Source of the DNA: Octopus vulgaris
Lineage: Eukaryota
DNA: 64,000 nucleotides
NCBI GenBank assembly: GCA_951406725.2
Contig: OX597817.1
Coordinates: forward strand, 114,886,001-114,950,000
Direction: 5' to 3'
A program made the position numbers and the translations under genes. Below are positions 25,307 through 38,993 of the stretch, in pieces; position 1 is the first letter of the stretch, and every line of letters starts with the position of its first letter. Under the pieces are notes generated by a model. It was not told the origin of the DNA. It did no database searches and saw nothing but the letters and a program-made list of their open reading frames with translations.

Positions 25307-26557
25307 TACATGCATGCATGCACACACAAACACATGCATGCACACACACACACATATATGCATGCACACACATACATACATACATGCATGCATGCATGCA
25401 TACATACATACATACATACATACATACATACATACATACATACATACATACATACATACATACATACATAGTGGTTGCTTCATCTTCACAGAGGACCGCA
25501 GTCTTCTTGTTGCTTTCTCATAGCCGAAAGCATTTCTGACTTTCTGTTTGTGGTCTCTCAGATGACTATTCAGTCTCATTGCAGATCTACATGGTTTGAA
25601 GCATGGGTAACTTATGAAAGATGCAAATAACTGTGTCCATCTAACTGGTTAGGTTTGCATATGTCACCACTTTTCCATTGTCATAAGACTTTCAACACAT
25701 GGACTGACTAAAAAGGCCCTTGTAAAGAGACATCTATACATCCTTAAATTATAGTGATAAATGCTTGTACAACACTAGTACCATTCTCTGAGTCTCCAAG
25801 ATTAGTACCAGATAATAGGCTGAAGCAAGATGACCAGTAATCACATGAAACTTGAGGTTTTACACCCGAATGTCCCTCCCCTATAAAAAGCATGCTGTGA
25901 TAACAGCCAAGGGTCCACACTCCTGTTAGTTTTACTGCGTGACCTGACACCTACCAAGGATACTTCTGTGACCCTATATTCAGATGGATTGTTATCATGT
26001 ATGCTGGTTAACCCGTAGCTGGGACCCTGACAAGTGATACTACTCTGGATCACACACAGGAATATTAGACACTCTCACACACACACGCATTTACATGAAC
26101 ACACACACACACGTATTTACATGAACACACACACACACACGCATTTACATGAACACACACACACACAAAATCTTTTACTTTGATCAAGCAACACATTCAT
26201 ACATAATTCTCAAACCCAAATGAAACACACATATACCCACTTCCTCACACATTAAAACAACTGTCACTGCAATAACAAGATACAGCATGTCCATTTTGGA
26301 TTTTAGTGTGACAAAGGTGGAGCAAAGACGGCACATAATTCATGAGGCTCTGAACTTCATTGCTGTTGACTGTGAGTACACACTAGTGACAAAAATCAAT
26401 AAGCCAGAAAGGCAAATTTAGCACTCACATTAGCTGTTGTAATTTTAGGCACAACTTTTAAAATATTATCTCTGGAAGAATTCCACACAATGTATTTATG
26501 TTGAGTATGATACACAGATGGCCATTTTAATCTAATACTACTCCTGTTGCATACATA

Positions 26558-26604
<47 letters not shown>

Positions 26605-27298
26605 GTATGTGCGTATTCTTTTCATTTTATTCAATAGAATGTTGAACCTAAAGCTTTTAAAACCTATTGTCTGTATTAAATATATTCTATATTCTGGCAT
26701 AATCTACTCAATTTCCATCTTGACTTATAAGAATTCTTTGAAAGTTTCCCAAACAGATATCAATCTATCATTGAATTATTTCTTAAACTCAACAGGATGC
26801 TACCATTTTCCATTCAATGCCTGTATTTAAGTGAGTATAATTACATTTCTGTCAGAACTTTTCTCCACTTACGTAGCTTCCTAATTTGGGCTTGCCTTAA
26901 ATACATCACATTTTCCACTATCTTTTTATGACACGTTTGTCAAACTTGTCTTGATGAGAATGAATAAATAGAGCAACTAAATAACATTAGTTACCTACTT
27001 TAATGTACAACAGTACAGGCAAGTCATACAAGATGGGCCAATATATTGGATTAGGAAACTCAGTTGCGAAATGTCCATTCTTTACAAAGATTGACCATAT
27101 TCTTATTTCTTGCACATTTAATCAAATTATATGAATGATATTTCTTTATATTATATTCTTTATATTATATTCTTTTATCAAATGGATGAATGTAGAAACG
27201 TAATTTAGTAGCCTTTGTATGTTAAAACTTGATAGCAATTTAAATACTAATGAAAGAAAATCATGTATGTGTGTGTGTATGTGTGTGTGTGTGTGTAT

Positions 27299-27347
<49 letters not shown>

Positions 27348-27716
27348 CACTGATATTCATATGTAATTACCTCATTTGATTTGTTTTGTAGTGTTGTTCG
27401 TAATGTAAAGGATTTACAAAATCGTACTACAGAAAAGAAAAATGAAAATTAAAGTACAAGTGTGTGTGAATGTATTTATACAGATACATACTTACATATA
27501 TATATATGTGTATATATGTATGTGTGTGTGTGTATACATATGTGTATGTATGTATATATGTATACACATACATACATATATATATATGTGTTCATACGTA
27601 TGTGCAAACATATTTTATCTATCTCTGTATATCTATATCTTTCTATCTATTTATCATTCTATCATTTTATTCGCCTATATGTGTCTACATATGTGTGTGT
27701 ATGTGCATGTATATAT

Positions 27717-27773
<57 letters not shown>

Positions 27774-28082
27774 CAGGGTGGTGAAAAGTAACTAGGCATT
27801 AGAAATTGCTTATAGAATTTTTAGTATCACTGAAGTCATGATGAAAACCTTTTTTAAACAGACAACACTAATGTGGATAGGTGTAAATGTCATGCAGTAG
27901 TGTAATCTCTTTCTAATATCTTTCAAATACACGTCTGGCCATGGAGAAATATTAACTTTTCCTGGAAAAAGATATAGGTTGTTGACAGTAAGAGCATCCC
28001 ACCTCTATAAATTCTGTTTCATCCATTCACCCATAGAAGTATGGAAAAGTGGACTTTAAAACTGTAAAAGATAGCGCATGCG

Positions 28083-28123
<41 letters not shown>

Positions 28124-28171
28124 ACACACATACACACACACGTATACATTCACACGCACACACTCACGCAT

Positions 28172-30942
28172 TAGGGCTATGACTTTTTCCCAACCTAATA
28201 ACCCTATACTGTAATTTGAGGAATAATTTCATAAAAGTAAGGAAACTTACATTTATTTTGCTTTATTTCGAAAAAAAATGTCACCCCGAACTTTAGAAAT
28301 CAATCACCACTTTTGACCCAAATCATGCAAAATTCTAGGATGGTTCATAACACCAGCTCAAGTTGGTGTGCTGACTCAATGCAATGCAGAAATAGTATAT
28401 CTGAAATTCTAGCTTTCTAGTTGAAGTAGTTTCAGAGTTATGGGCTTTTTAAACTATAATCACTAGATGGCACTAGATTCACACTTCAGTATTTCTGCTG
28501 CCCAAATCCTTGTAAACACAAGAGAGATGTGGAATAAGATTGTGTTTATACATTTTAAAGATTACTGAATTGAAATTGCTCTATGCAAAGGTTCAAAACT
28601 AGGTTATTTTAAGACAGATGCTACTACAAGCATTCGATAACATACAAAATTAAAAACAATACATATTTTGAAATTTATAGGTTTAATTCAAATTTTAAAT
28701 AACTGTATAAGAAAACGGGTGCTGGATGTTAGTAAAGTTTTAAACATAACAAAGAATTAATATGTTTTGTTAGATAAAATAAATCGAAGTTGAAGTTTCT
28801 CCTTCTTTTTTACAAACATCATAAAGATCTTGAAGGCACTTGATTACCTGTTTTGCACTCTGATTTGTTCTGGGAATTTCCAGTTTTGACGGTTCTTGAC
28901 TCCAAGTTTTTTACAGAGCTCAATGCATTTTTATGAATGTGCAGGCTACCACATAACTTCTGATAATCATGTGCATTGAACATTTGGTTAGTAAACCAAA
29001 AATCTGCCCAACTTTAAGAGATGAATTGACAAACATTGAGAAGCAAAACTCTTTTCTCTGGTAGAAGAATAAATGCCAAAAGAGCTAGTATTGCTTGAGA
29101 ATTCCATCTTGCATTACTTAAGTTGGGTATTTTTGGAAACTTTACAGTAGGGAATTTGTTGGTTTCTTCAAAAACACGAAAACCTCTGGCCAAATGAAAT
29201 TTCTATTGCATGTCATCTTGCCATCCTGCAGATTAAGTAATCTTTCCTTCACCATTGTTGAAATTAGCCTGGAGTTTCTCATAATTACTTAGAAGCTCTA
29301 TGATGAATGTATATTCAATATTGGCAGATGACTTTTTTCTCTAAGTTCATTATCCATTACAACACGAAGAACTCTATCAAGGATATGATGCTGATAACCA
29401 ATAAACTGCAGTTCTTTCAAACCCTTTTAAGCAAACAGTCTTTGCAACTGAATGACAATGCCTTTTCTTTTTCCAGTGTTCATACTCGTTGTATCAGCGA
29501 CAGTCATCTTTACACAGTTCCATAAATTGTATTCATCTAAAACAGCTGTTATTCCTTTCAGACCAGTATCAGCTTTTCTGTTTGGTAATTGGAGTACTTC
29601 TAACTTAACTTCTCTCTGTACATTCTTTAAAACAAGCACTTGGTATTCTTGGTCGTCAATACATTTACCATCAAAATATAATAAGTTTTCTAAATGTAGC
29701 GTTTTCTTCATTTTCTTTTTTAGTTTACCAGCTTCTTTGATAGTTGTTCTGTAAATACCAGATTGGGAAGGAGTCTCGACATTGATTCCATCTTGAGACA
29801 ATTGTTGACAACTGACGCTGATTTTTGGGTTGATAGCTTGGAAGGTATTACTAACTTGGCTGCAGTTCCATTTTTGCTCTACTTCCTCCTTGTTTGTGTG
29901 GATTCTTCATCTGATTTTTTGGACTCTTGCTACTCACTCTCAGTCTCTGCTTCAGACATTGACGATGACACCGGAGTTGCTCTGGTTGAAGTTGGCATTA
30001 AGGACACTTTTCTTTTTTTGGATGGATGGATAGTTTTGGAACTGGCTGCCTTTCCACTTGCATTCCCAACCTGTCCCTTGCTTTCAATTTGAAGATAATT
30101 TAGCTTTATATTCTCACTGCACTGCCATTAATCATTTTTCCTTTGTGATGTGAAAGATTCCTTTCAATGAATCGTATTTTCCTTGTTTTACACAGTTATC
30201 ATACGTATCCAGCAATTTTTCTCCTTTTGCTTGTACATTTTGAATTGATAAATATAGGAAATTTAATTTCTTTTGCCATAAATAAGTTACTTCTTTCAAA
30301 GTTTCCTTTGTTCTTTCTTTCCTTCCTTTGATGGTACCTCAAAGGAACAGGTAGCGACCGACAATTTGAAGTTTCATTGGTATCCTGTAGTTGTTTTCTA
30401 AAGAATGCTCTTCTAGAGGAATAGGTTTTCTTTTCCTATGTGAGTCTTGGAATTGCATGAGATTCTTCGTCCAGAATTTTTTGTTTCTTTGAGTGACACA
30501 AGCACTTCTCTTATGAGACATTGTTTTAGATATTCTAGTTGGAAAAACAGAAAAGCAGTTAATATAGTCAGAGTTTTTAGCATCACAGAAATAAAAAAGG
30601 AGAGGAAGAGGATATTTCCTAAAGTAGGGCCTAAGTGGTAACAAATTAAAAACTCTATAACTCCTAAACTACTTAAACTTGAAAGCTGAAATTTGAGATA
30701 TACTGCTTCTGCATTGCATTAATTCAGCACACCAAATTTGGTAAAAAGTCGAGTAGGCATTTTGACCCCTAGAATTTTGCATGATTTAGGTCAGAGGTGG
30801 AGTTAGATTTCTACAGTTGGGGGTGACGTCTTTTAAAAAAAAATTAAAATAAAGGTTATTTTCCTTCCTTATATAAAATTGTTCATCAACTTTTAATACA
30901 GGAAATTGTTTACCTTCAAAATGTCAAAAAGTTATAACCCTA
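28172..30942 (-). mobile_element. Near full-length hAT superfamily (hATm-like) DNA transposon with a pseudogenised transposase
   Basis: TAGGGCTATGACTTTT and AAAAGTTATAACCCTA termini with roughly 300 bp imperfect inverted arms; minus-strand motifs YFDGK, DTTSMNTG, GYQHHILD; inserted in (CA)n. Confidence 0.82.
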
Positions 30943-30973
<31 letters not shown>

Positions 30974-31894
30974 TTTGATTATTAGATCTCTAACAGAATG
31001 TCATGATGTGTTCCTCTGATGATCTGTTGTGGTTAGACGTCCAAATACACTCAGAACATCTGATGCTGTGTTCAAGACAACGGCACTGTTGAAATGTATG
31101 AAGGAACTAAATATCCATGCTGGTATTTATCTTAATTCTTCACTCTATACACACTAAGAGAGAGGGAGAGAGAGAGAGAAGGAAAAAGATATACTTGGCA
31201 AAATGTAGAGTTTAATTATTTATCTATGTCAGCTCAACATTTTGGTATGCTGCGGTGTAATTGGCGAAGTTGCCATCTAGCACACAACAGCTGCATAACT
31301 GAAGTGTCAGCAAGTTTTATTTACTGCTTAATTTTTAATCTCAGATTAGAGGTTATAATGCATAATGTCACATTAAAATATATCTTAGCAGTTAATTAAT
31401 AATTATTAATTTCCTCTTATACTTCGGATTAATTCTAGCTGCAAACATTATCTGAGACATCAATAAAACCGTCTGTCCTGATAACTTTTAATGGTTGATG
31501 TGTTATATGTGAAAGAAAATGTCATTCTTGTGGGAATTGAATAACTGTTAAGTATTAAATAAACATTTATTCTTTTACAAGTCATTAGATCGAGGTAATA
31601 CAAGAGCATCATGTCGAAGAATTTTGTTCAACCAGATAGAACCCAGTACAGGCATATCTCAACTTACATCATTTCGCTTTATTTTTGTTTGTTTTTAATA
31701 AATAAACCTCAACCTACGTTGGTCTCAGTGAACATATTTAGAAGCATAAAATTTAAGGCCAAAATCGCCTAAAAACCAATACTGAAGTTGAAAATCAAAT
31801 AAAGTACATAGAAAAATATGTAAAAATAAACATTTATTATAAATATATAAATTTTTAAAAATAATTTTTGTGTTATGTCTTGGAACTAATTATT

Positions 31895-32097
31895 TTCGAA
31901 TTTTGGCACAAGGCCAGCAATTTTGGAAGTGGAGTTAAGTCGACCATTAATGTTCCACTGGTACTGACTTTAATCGACCCCGAAAGGGTGAAAGGCAAAA
32001 ATCAATCTCAGCAGAGCTTGAACTCAGAATGCAAAGACAGACAAAATGCCACTAAGCATTTTGCCTGGTGTGCTAATGATTCTGCCAGCTCACCGGC
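31895..32097 (-). mobile_element. Family-B SINE
   Basis: Reverse-strand head and core. Confidence 0.8.
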
Positions 32098-32869
32098 GTT
32101 AATGCCATGGAACCACCCACCGATGTAAGTTGAGTTATGCCTGAATTTGATCTATGTCCATTTAGCGATGCATCGACTTACACTGGTATACACGAATATA
32201 CACACAAACACACATATGCACAAGATCATTTCCATCTATTCGATTTCTTTTGTGAAACAGATGCTATGGTAGAAGATAATTGATCCAAGTGCCACAGGCA
32301 GGATCAAGTCTTGAATCATTTGGTTAAAAAGTAAACATTTCAAACATGCCCTGATTTCTATACATTCTGTATTTACTTGTTCAAAGTTGATTCACTCCAT
32401 GTTTATTTGCTATGTGTGTAACTACATGCGCACACACACACATGCTAATGTACATGCACAGTCTAACATATACACACATATAATAAAGGAATATAAACGG
32501 ACAGCTCAATTTATGTTATGTATGTTTCCATAACCTGACTATGGAAACATTATTAATGTGTATTATTTTATTACACAATATTACATAATGTTACATTGTC
32601 ACATATTATATATTGCATTAAATATGCAGCGTCCGCTGTTACATATAATGTATTCACAGGATCCTTAATATCATTATGCATTGCCTGCTATACTGACCGG
32701 TTGGTAGTATTAATGTATTCTTCCTAAGTACTTTATGGAGAAATAGTTAAATTTACTGTTTGTATATCTATTGCAAAAATTGCTCTTAATGTTGTGTAAA
32801 GTGAGATCCTTGTTGACCAGGTGCTGATATGAAATAAAGTGTTAAATACTTACGGTGTTAAATACTTAC

Positions 32870-33096
32870 GAGTTGGCAGAAACGTTAGCACACTGGGCGA
32901 AATGCGCAGCCGTATTTTCTCTGCCGTTATGTTCTGAGTTCATATTCCGCCGAGGTTGACTTTGCCTTTCATCCTTTCGGGATCAATAAATTAAGTACCA
33001 GTTATGGACTGGGGTCGATGTAATCAACTTAATCCGTTTGTCTGTCCTTGTTTGTCCTCTCTGTGTTTAGCCCCTTGTGGGTAGTATAGAAATAAG
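32870..33096 (+). mobile_element. Family-B SINE
   Basis: Near-consensus match to 48448-48679. Confidence 0.9.
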
Positions 33097-33299
33097 TATG
33101 CAAATTTTTAGCCCCAGTTCTTGGTAGTTACTACATTTGTTGTGTATATAGACAGATTGGTTATTTGTATATCTGGGGTTGGTTAAGTGGTATAGACACC
33201 TCAGATGAAAATCCAATGAGTTTCAAAATCAATTAAGGCGCTTCAAAATTTTTTTCAATCTACTGAGAAATAGCTAAATTCACTCTGTCTGTATATCTA

Positions 33300-35450
33300 C
33301 TGTATACATATATGAGTGTTTTGGCTGATGGCTTTGGGCTATTCGAATGAAAATGGATTATTGTACATGGAATGAAGAAAGATTAAAGCTGATAGAGTTT
33401 TGTGATATTAATAACCTAATCATTTGGAATACAAACTTCAGTTAACTTTAGTGAATCTTCAAGCTTAACAGGTTTCATACTCACCAAGAAAGGGAACAAA
33501 AAGTTGGGTGAATATCAAGCTGTTGAGGAATATACTACCTGGTATAGGTTAGTGACTAGTAACAGAGTAAGAGCTTGATGGACCAAGAAACACAAGGGCA
33601 AGAAAATCTGGAAGCTGAAAGATCCTTGACTAGACTCAGATTAAACACATTACAAGCTAATGTGTATACTGTGAAGAAGATAAAGACATTTAATATAGAA
33701 GACAATTGGGAGACACATCTCTGGACAAGCTTACATGGCTCGCACAAGCATACAAAGCATGGTAGCACCTCAAAGAACTGGCAACCCACTCTCTGTCTTG
33801 GAATGCTTCAGTCGATGGAGAAATAGAAGAGAAAGACCTGGAAAGAATTGATGGAAAAACAGAAATAACATGAAATAGCTGTAAAAGCTAAACCTCAGAT
33901 ACACGTAACAAGAAGAGAAGCAAAAAGTAAGATAATTTCTCAAATTTTCTGTGATGTGAGGGTCAGAGGCATGAGGTGTTCTAGACAGCAAAGCAGTGTG
34001 AACAAGAGCATCGTTGGTGGATTACGGTTCATTGATGGAACAAGATTGTGCCAGTTTGACAGAAAAGTAGTGGAATGGTTTGTAAAGTTACAGCCTGAAA
34101 ATAATGGAAAGAAGTTGGGAGCAGGGGTCAATACTAGGTAATAGAAGAGAAACTAGATATTAGGTATAGCAGAGCAAAAAGTGAAAATAAGAGTTATTAC
34201 CAATGCTTTGCTACGTGGTGAGATCAGAAGCTTGAGAACATCATTGTGAAAACTAATTACGTAATGTTAAGGGGTGTTCTTTCACTGACTAATGCCGACA
34301 AGAAAGGGGGCATGGAAATACACCTAAAGGAGGTTACTGAATATGATGAATGCATGAGGGGCATGAAAATACAACTAAAGAGGGTTACTGAATAAGATGA
34401 ATGCATGCCAAAGAAAGGGACATGGAACTACAACTAAAAGGGGTGACTGGATAAGATGAATGCATGCCGAGTAGTAATCCCAACAGATGAATCAGTGACT
34501 GAAATTTACAGCTCTATGGTCGAAATGCCTATTAAATATATGAAAGTAGGCAAAGAACCGGGGATAGTCGCTGAGGTTGTGAAAATATCTGGCAAAGTAG
34601 AAAACATGCTAGGCACTCACGTAATCAATCACATTGTACAGTAATGTACCATTCTTGATGACTTGTGTTGTAGAATTATCACCCGATACAGGAGCTAGGG
34701 TGATGCTCTGCAAAAAAGCAGCCGCAGTGATATCAAGTTGATGGACCATGTTATGAAAATAATAGAAGGTAATTAGGAAGAAAATCAACTGAGACGAGAT
34801 GCTATTCGAGGGAGGGCACATCTGATACTCTCTTCCTAGTGAGAGCACAAAAGAAGTTATTAGTAGGGAACAAGTCACCATACTTGGCAGTCCTTTGAAA
34901 GAATGCAACAATTTGTAGTCTAGGAGTGGCCGTGGGGTAAGTAGCTTGCTTCCCAACCACATGGTTCTGGGTTCAGTCCCACTGTGTGGCACCTTGGGCA
35001 AGTGTCTTTTACTATTGCCTTGGGCTGACCAAAGCCTTGTGAGTGGATTTGATAAACGGAAACTGAAAGAATCCCATCGTATATATGTATGTGTGTGTGT
35101 ATATGTTTGTGTGTCTGTGTTTGTCCCCCCAACATCGCTTGACAACCGATGCTGGTGTGTTTACGTCCCCGTAACTTAGAGACCAATAAAATAAGTACTG
35201 GGCTTACAAAAAGAATAAGTCCCGGGGTCGATTCGCTCAACTAAAGGCGGTGCTCCAGCATAGCCACAGTCAAATGACTGAAACAAGTAAAAGAGTAATG
35301 TTACAAAGTAAAAAGTGTAGAGGAAGGGCTTGTAAGGTCCATATGAGCATGTACAGTGATACACTCAGCATGATGAGAATGAGCAACAGTCTCAGCAATG
35401 AATTTAGTGGGTAGGTAGGTGTCTATAAAGCCTCAATTCTCAGCCCATTT
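33300..35450 (+). mobile_element. Decayed RTE-clade LINE, endonuclease end to RT
   Basis: Relics IEFCDINNLIIWNTNF and RT-region VEEGLVRSI..MYSD..VGVYKASILSP; interrupted by a SINE. Confidence 0.72.
34922..35298 (+). mobile_element. Family-A composite SINE inserted in the RTE relic
   Basis: Full head and tail; small internal deletion near 35179. Confidence 0.9.
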
Positions 35451-35454
35451 TTGG

Positions 35455-35885
35455 TGATAAATTAAAATTAAATTATACCATTTAGAAAAATTACATATTA
35501 TAGAAAGGATAAATATAAGATAAAACATATAACAATGATTAAGTAATGTACAAAATAGTAAATAAAACGTATTCTAGTTATTCTACTAAATATATACATC
35601 TAAAATATATACATCTAAATATATACATCTAAAATTTATTCTTTCTACAATATGTAATTTTTCTAAATGGTATAATTTAATTTTTCATTATTGAATTGAT
35701 AAAAGGTATTTTTTTTCTAATTTATATATAAATAAACTAACTATGACTTAATTTTTCCTCTCACACTGTTTCCGATGAAGGGATATTATTAATTGATATC
35801 CTTGAAACAGCTGTAAGACCTTCTATCTATAAATACTCTAATATCTATACAGCCTTGGTTTTTTTAATCTCATTACGCAAAAAAA
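35455..35885. mobile_element. Penelope-like terminal relic with fold-back
   Basis: Inverted repeat 35460-35517 versus 35633-35690 and a hammerhead-like motif at 35768-35819. Confidence 0.55.
35768..35819 (+). ncRNA. Degenerate minimal type I hammerhead ribozyme
   Basis: GTTT-CCGATGA-AGGGATAT-loop-ATATCCTT-GAAAC-AGCT-GTA-AGAC; one core change (CUGA to CCGA). Confidence 0.6.
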
Positions 35886-35888
35886 TCA

Positions 35889-36022
<134 letters not shown>

Positions 36023-37029
36023 GTGGTAATGCTTCAACCAGCAGAAAAGCACTCAATCAGCTAAGAGAGTAAAGCTAATGTTATAATAGAAAATCAAAAA
36101 TCTTGTTAAATACAGCTTTATCCAGGGTTTCCTGATGGAAATAATAATTCATTTCACCATTTATCAAGCTGTATTGAACAGGATTTGTGGTTTTCTATTA
36201 TAACATTATGTATGTGTGTGTGCATGTGTGTGCGTGCATGTATGTATGCCTATAAAGAGGTTTGGCTAGAAGTAAAAGTAAGTAGATCATTGGTGTAAGG
36301 GATAGCAGAGCAAAGGCAGAGAAGTCTGACATTGAGACACAAGAGAGTGGAAGTTAGATAAAAGAGAGAGGGACATATCAATATATGTTTTGAGGAAATA
36401 GTTTCACAAGGAACTTCTTATCTTATAGACTAGTGAAGCCCATAGCAGGAAGATTTAGAGAGAAAATTTGGTTCTCTGTACATTGTACATTAATTCTGAA
36501 AAAAATTCGTTTAAAGTTACCATAGTGACAGAACTCAAAATTATATACGTAAAAGTTCACATCTAAGTAGAATTTATATTAAAATATCTGAAACGTGTAC
36601 AAGTTATGTCTTTGCTTTAGATTTAATTAGTTTCTTAGGAATTTAGCAGACAGGTCAAAGGTTTGACAGGAGAGAGAGAGAGAGAGCAAGGAATTTGACT
36701 GATAAACATATTCACTTGTGCCTTAAGATTTAGCTGTCAGCGAGGTGTAAGAAGAAAGAGGGAAATGAAGAAAAGACAAGTTATAAAATGAAAGAGCAAA
36801 ATAAAATCATTAACTTCGCCTCTACATATACAATCACAACATACACTTAAGAGACAGACAACCAGACAGATTTTAAAAAATCTCTTTTGCTGTTTTTAGC
36901 CATTCAGCTGTGACCATGTTCGACGCATTGCCCAAACAACAATATTGACAAAGATAATGCATACACACACTTTCATACAAATGATTGAAGACGTAAGCAA
37001 ACACACCTGCATACACCTGTACACACACG

Positions 37030-37063
<34 letters not shown>

Positions 37064-37561
37064 GGATAAATGTAAAAAAACACAAACTGGGACAAGAACG
37101 CATTTAGTGACTATGATACATCCAGCAGAGCTGGAGATAATTTCAAAAAGTCACTAATTTATGTTGTATGGTAATTAATACACTTGTATTTGTCTGTATT
37201 CGTCAAATACATTCGGGTGACCACTCTGAATCGTTTTTATCTTAGCTTATTTTTGTTAAAATTATGCATAACTATCTAAGCTATAAATGTGATTAAGCTC
37301 TATTTAAGTTCAATAATTATTGCTAATATACACTTCCAGATAATATTACCAACAAGTGAAGCGGACATAGAATTACATATCAGAGGAGTTTACAGCATGA
37401 GTGATAAACCATAGTAGTCATAGATGTTAAATACAAAACGATGCGGTTACCCGAAACCTGGAACATGAATGAGAGCTAGCACAGTATCCATCTGGGTAAA
37501 ATATCTCTCTAAATTCACACATGCATGCACATGATATACATATATATGCTCATATATGCAC

Positions 37562-37637
<76 letters not shown>

Positions 37638-38627
37638 GTCTGTCTGGATGTATATATGTGTGTGCGCGCGTGTGTGTGTGCAATCTATTCTCTTGTCGAC
37701 AATGGTATATTAGTGTCCACTTGTTCAATGGACACTGATACGTCATTGTCGTAAGTCAGACACCTCACACCCTAATTCAATAAATCAATGAACTATCGAT
37801 TTATTGGATGAGTGTGTGAAGTGTCTTACTATTCCCCAGACACACATACCTTTTATGTAATTCCACAGAAGAAACAGCGTGACACAGAGTGTGACAAAAC
37901 CGAACCTTTGAATTGCATTTTCAATTAATTGTACGTGCTTCTCGGGAAGTTGTGGCGTGTCTGAGGCTATGGTATTAAAACATTTACCTTAGATACAACG
38001 CAATGGGACATACCCAGGATCGCACAGCTGCGAAATGAGTTTCTTAACCACACACACATAACACACACAAATATACAAACATAGCTATCGAAAATGGCAC
38101 GAAGAGCCGATTTTAATGAATTTTAGAGCTAAGTCAAATTTTGAGGGTGCAAGTTCAAATTACGGTCACGAATTGCAAGTTTAAATTACGGCCACAATCA
38201 AATATAATCTTACCTTTTTATGAGCGTTTTACAATTTAGTGTGATAGTAAGTCATATATTCTTAGTTGGCTGTCCATAGTATCGGTTAGGCTGCGTGTGA
38301 AGACAATGACCGTACTAAAATTTAATTAAGTTTTGAAATATTTTATTAACCCGTCTCAGGTTAATAAAATATCCAGTATATGTGTAGATTCAATATATCA
38401 ATGTAACAACGTTCAACGAACTTAGCACTTAGGAAACTTCTGTAATATAACTTCTTGGTTAATATTATTCAAGCATTGTAAGGAATTTAAATTACTGTAT
38501 AACATAAGCATGTTACATAAGAAAAGTGAAAGTGGGGAGAAAGACCAGTTTATTAGAACAAATGACATAGCCTCCCCTAAATGGCTTGGAGGTTCTCTGT
38601 TCTGAATATGAATAAGCCAACCTCTCG

Positions 38628-38993
38628 TACCTGTTTCTTTATTACCCACAAGGGGCTAAACATAGAGGGGACAAACAAGGACAGACAAACGGATTAAGTC
38701 GATTATATCGACCCCAGTCGGTGGAATTTGAACTCAGAACGTAACGGCAGACGAAATACCTATTTCTTTACTACCCACAAGGAGCCAAACTCAGGGAGGA
38801 CAAACAAGGACAGACAAACGGATTAAGTCGATTATATCGACCCCAGTGCATAACTGGTACTTATTTAATCGACCCCTAAAGGATTAAAGGCAAAGTCGAC
38901 CTCAGTGGAATTTGAACTCAGAACGTAGTGACAGACGAAATACTGCTGAGCATTTCGCCCGGCGTGCTAACGTTTCTGCCAGCTCGCCGCCTT
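38628..38993 (-). mobile_element. Family-B SINE with tandem second body
   Basis: Full copy 38760-38993 joined to an internally deleted body 38628-38760. Confidence 0.88.

Noticed and set aside
25650-26032. Possible solo LTR (TG...CA ends, TATA-like motif)
   Set aside because: Could not identify a target-site duplication or consistent boundaries.
29452-30092. Plus-strand ORFs inside the hAT element (also 45592-46281 in the Tc1 element)
   Set aside because: Antisense shadows of the transposase reading frames.
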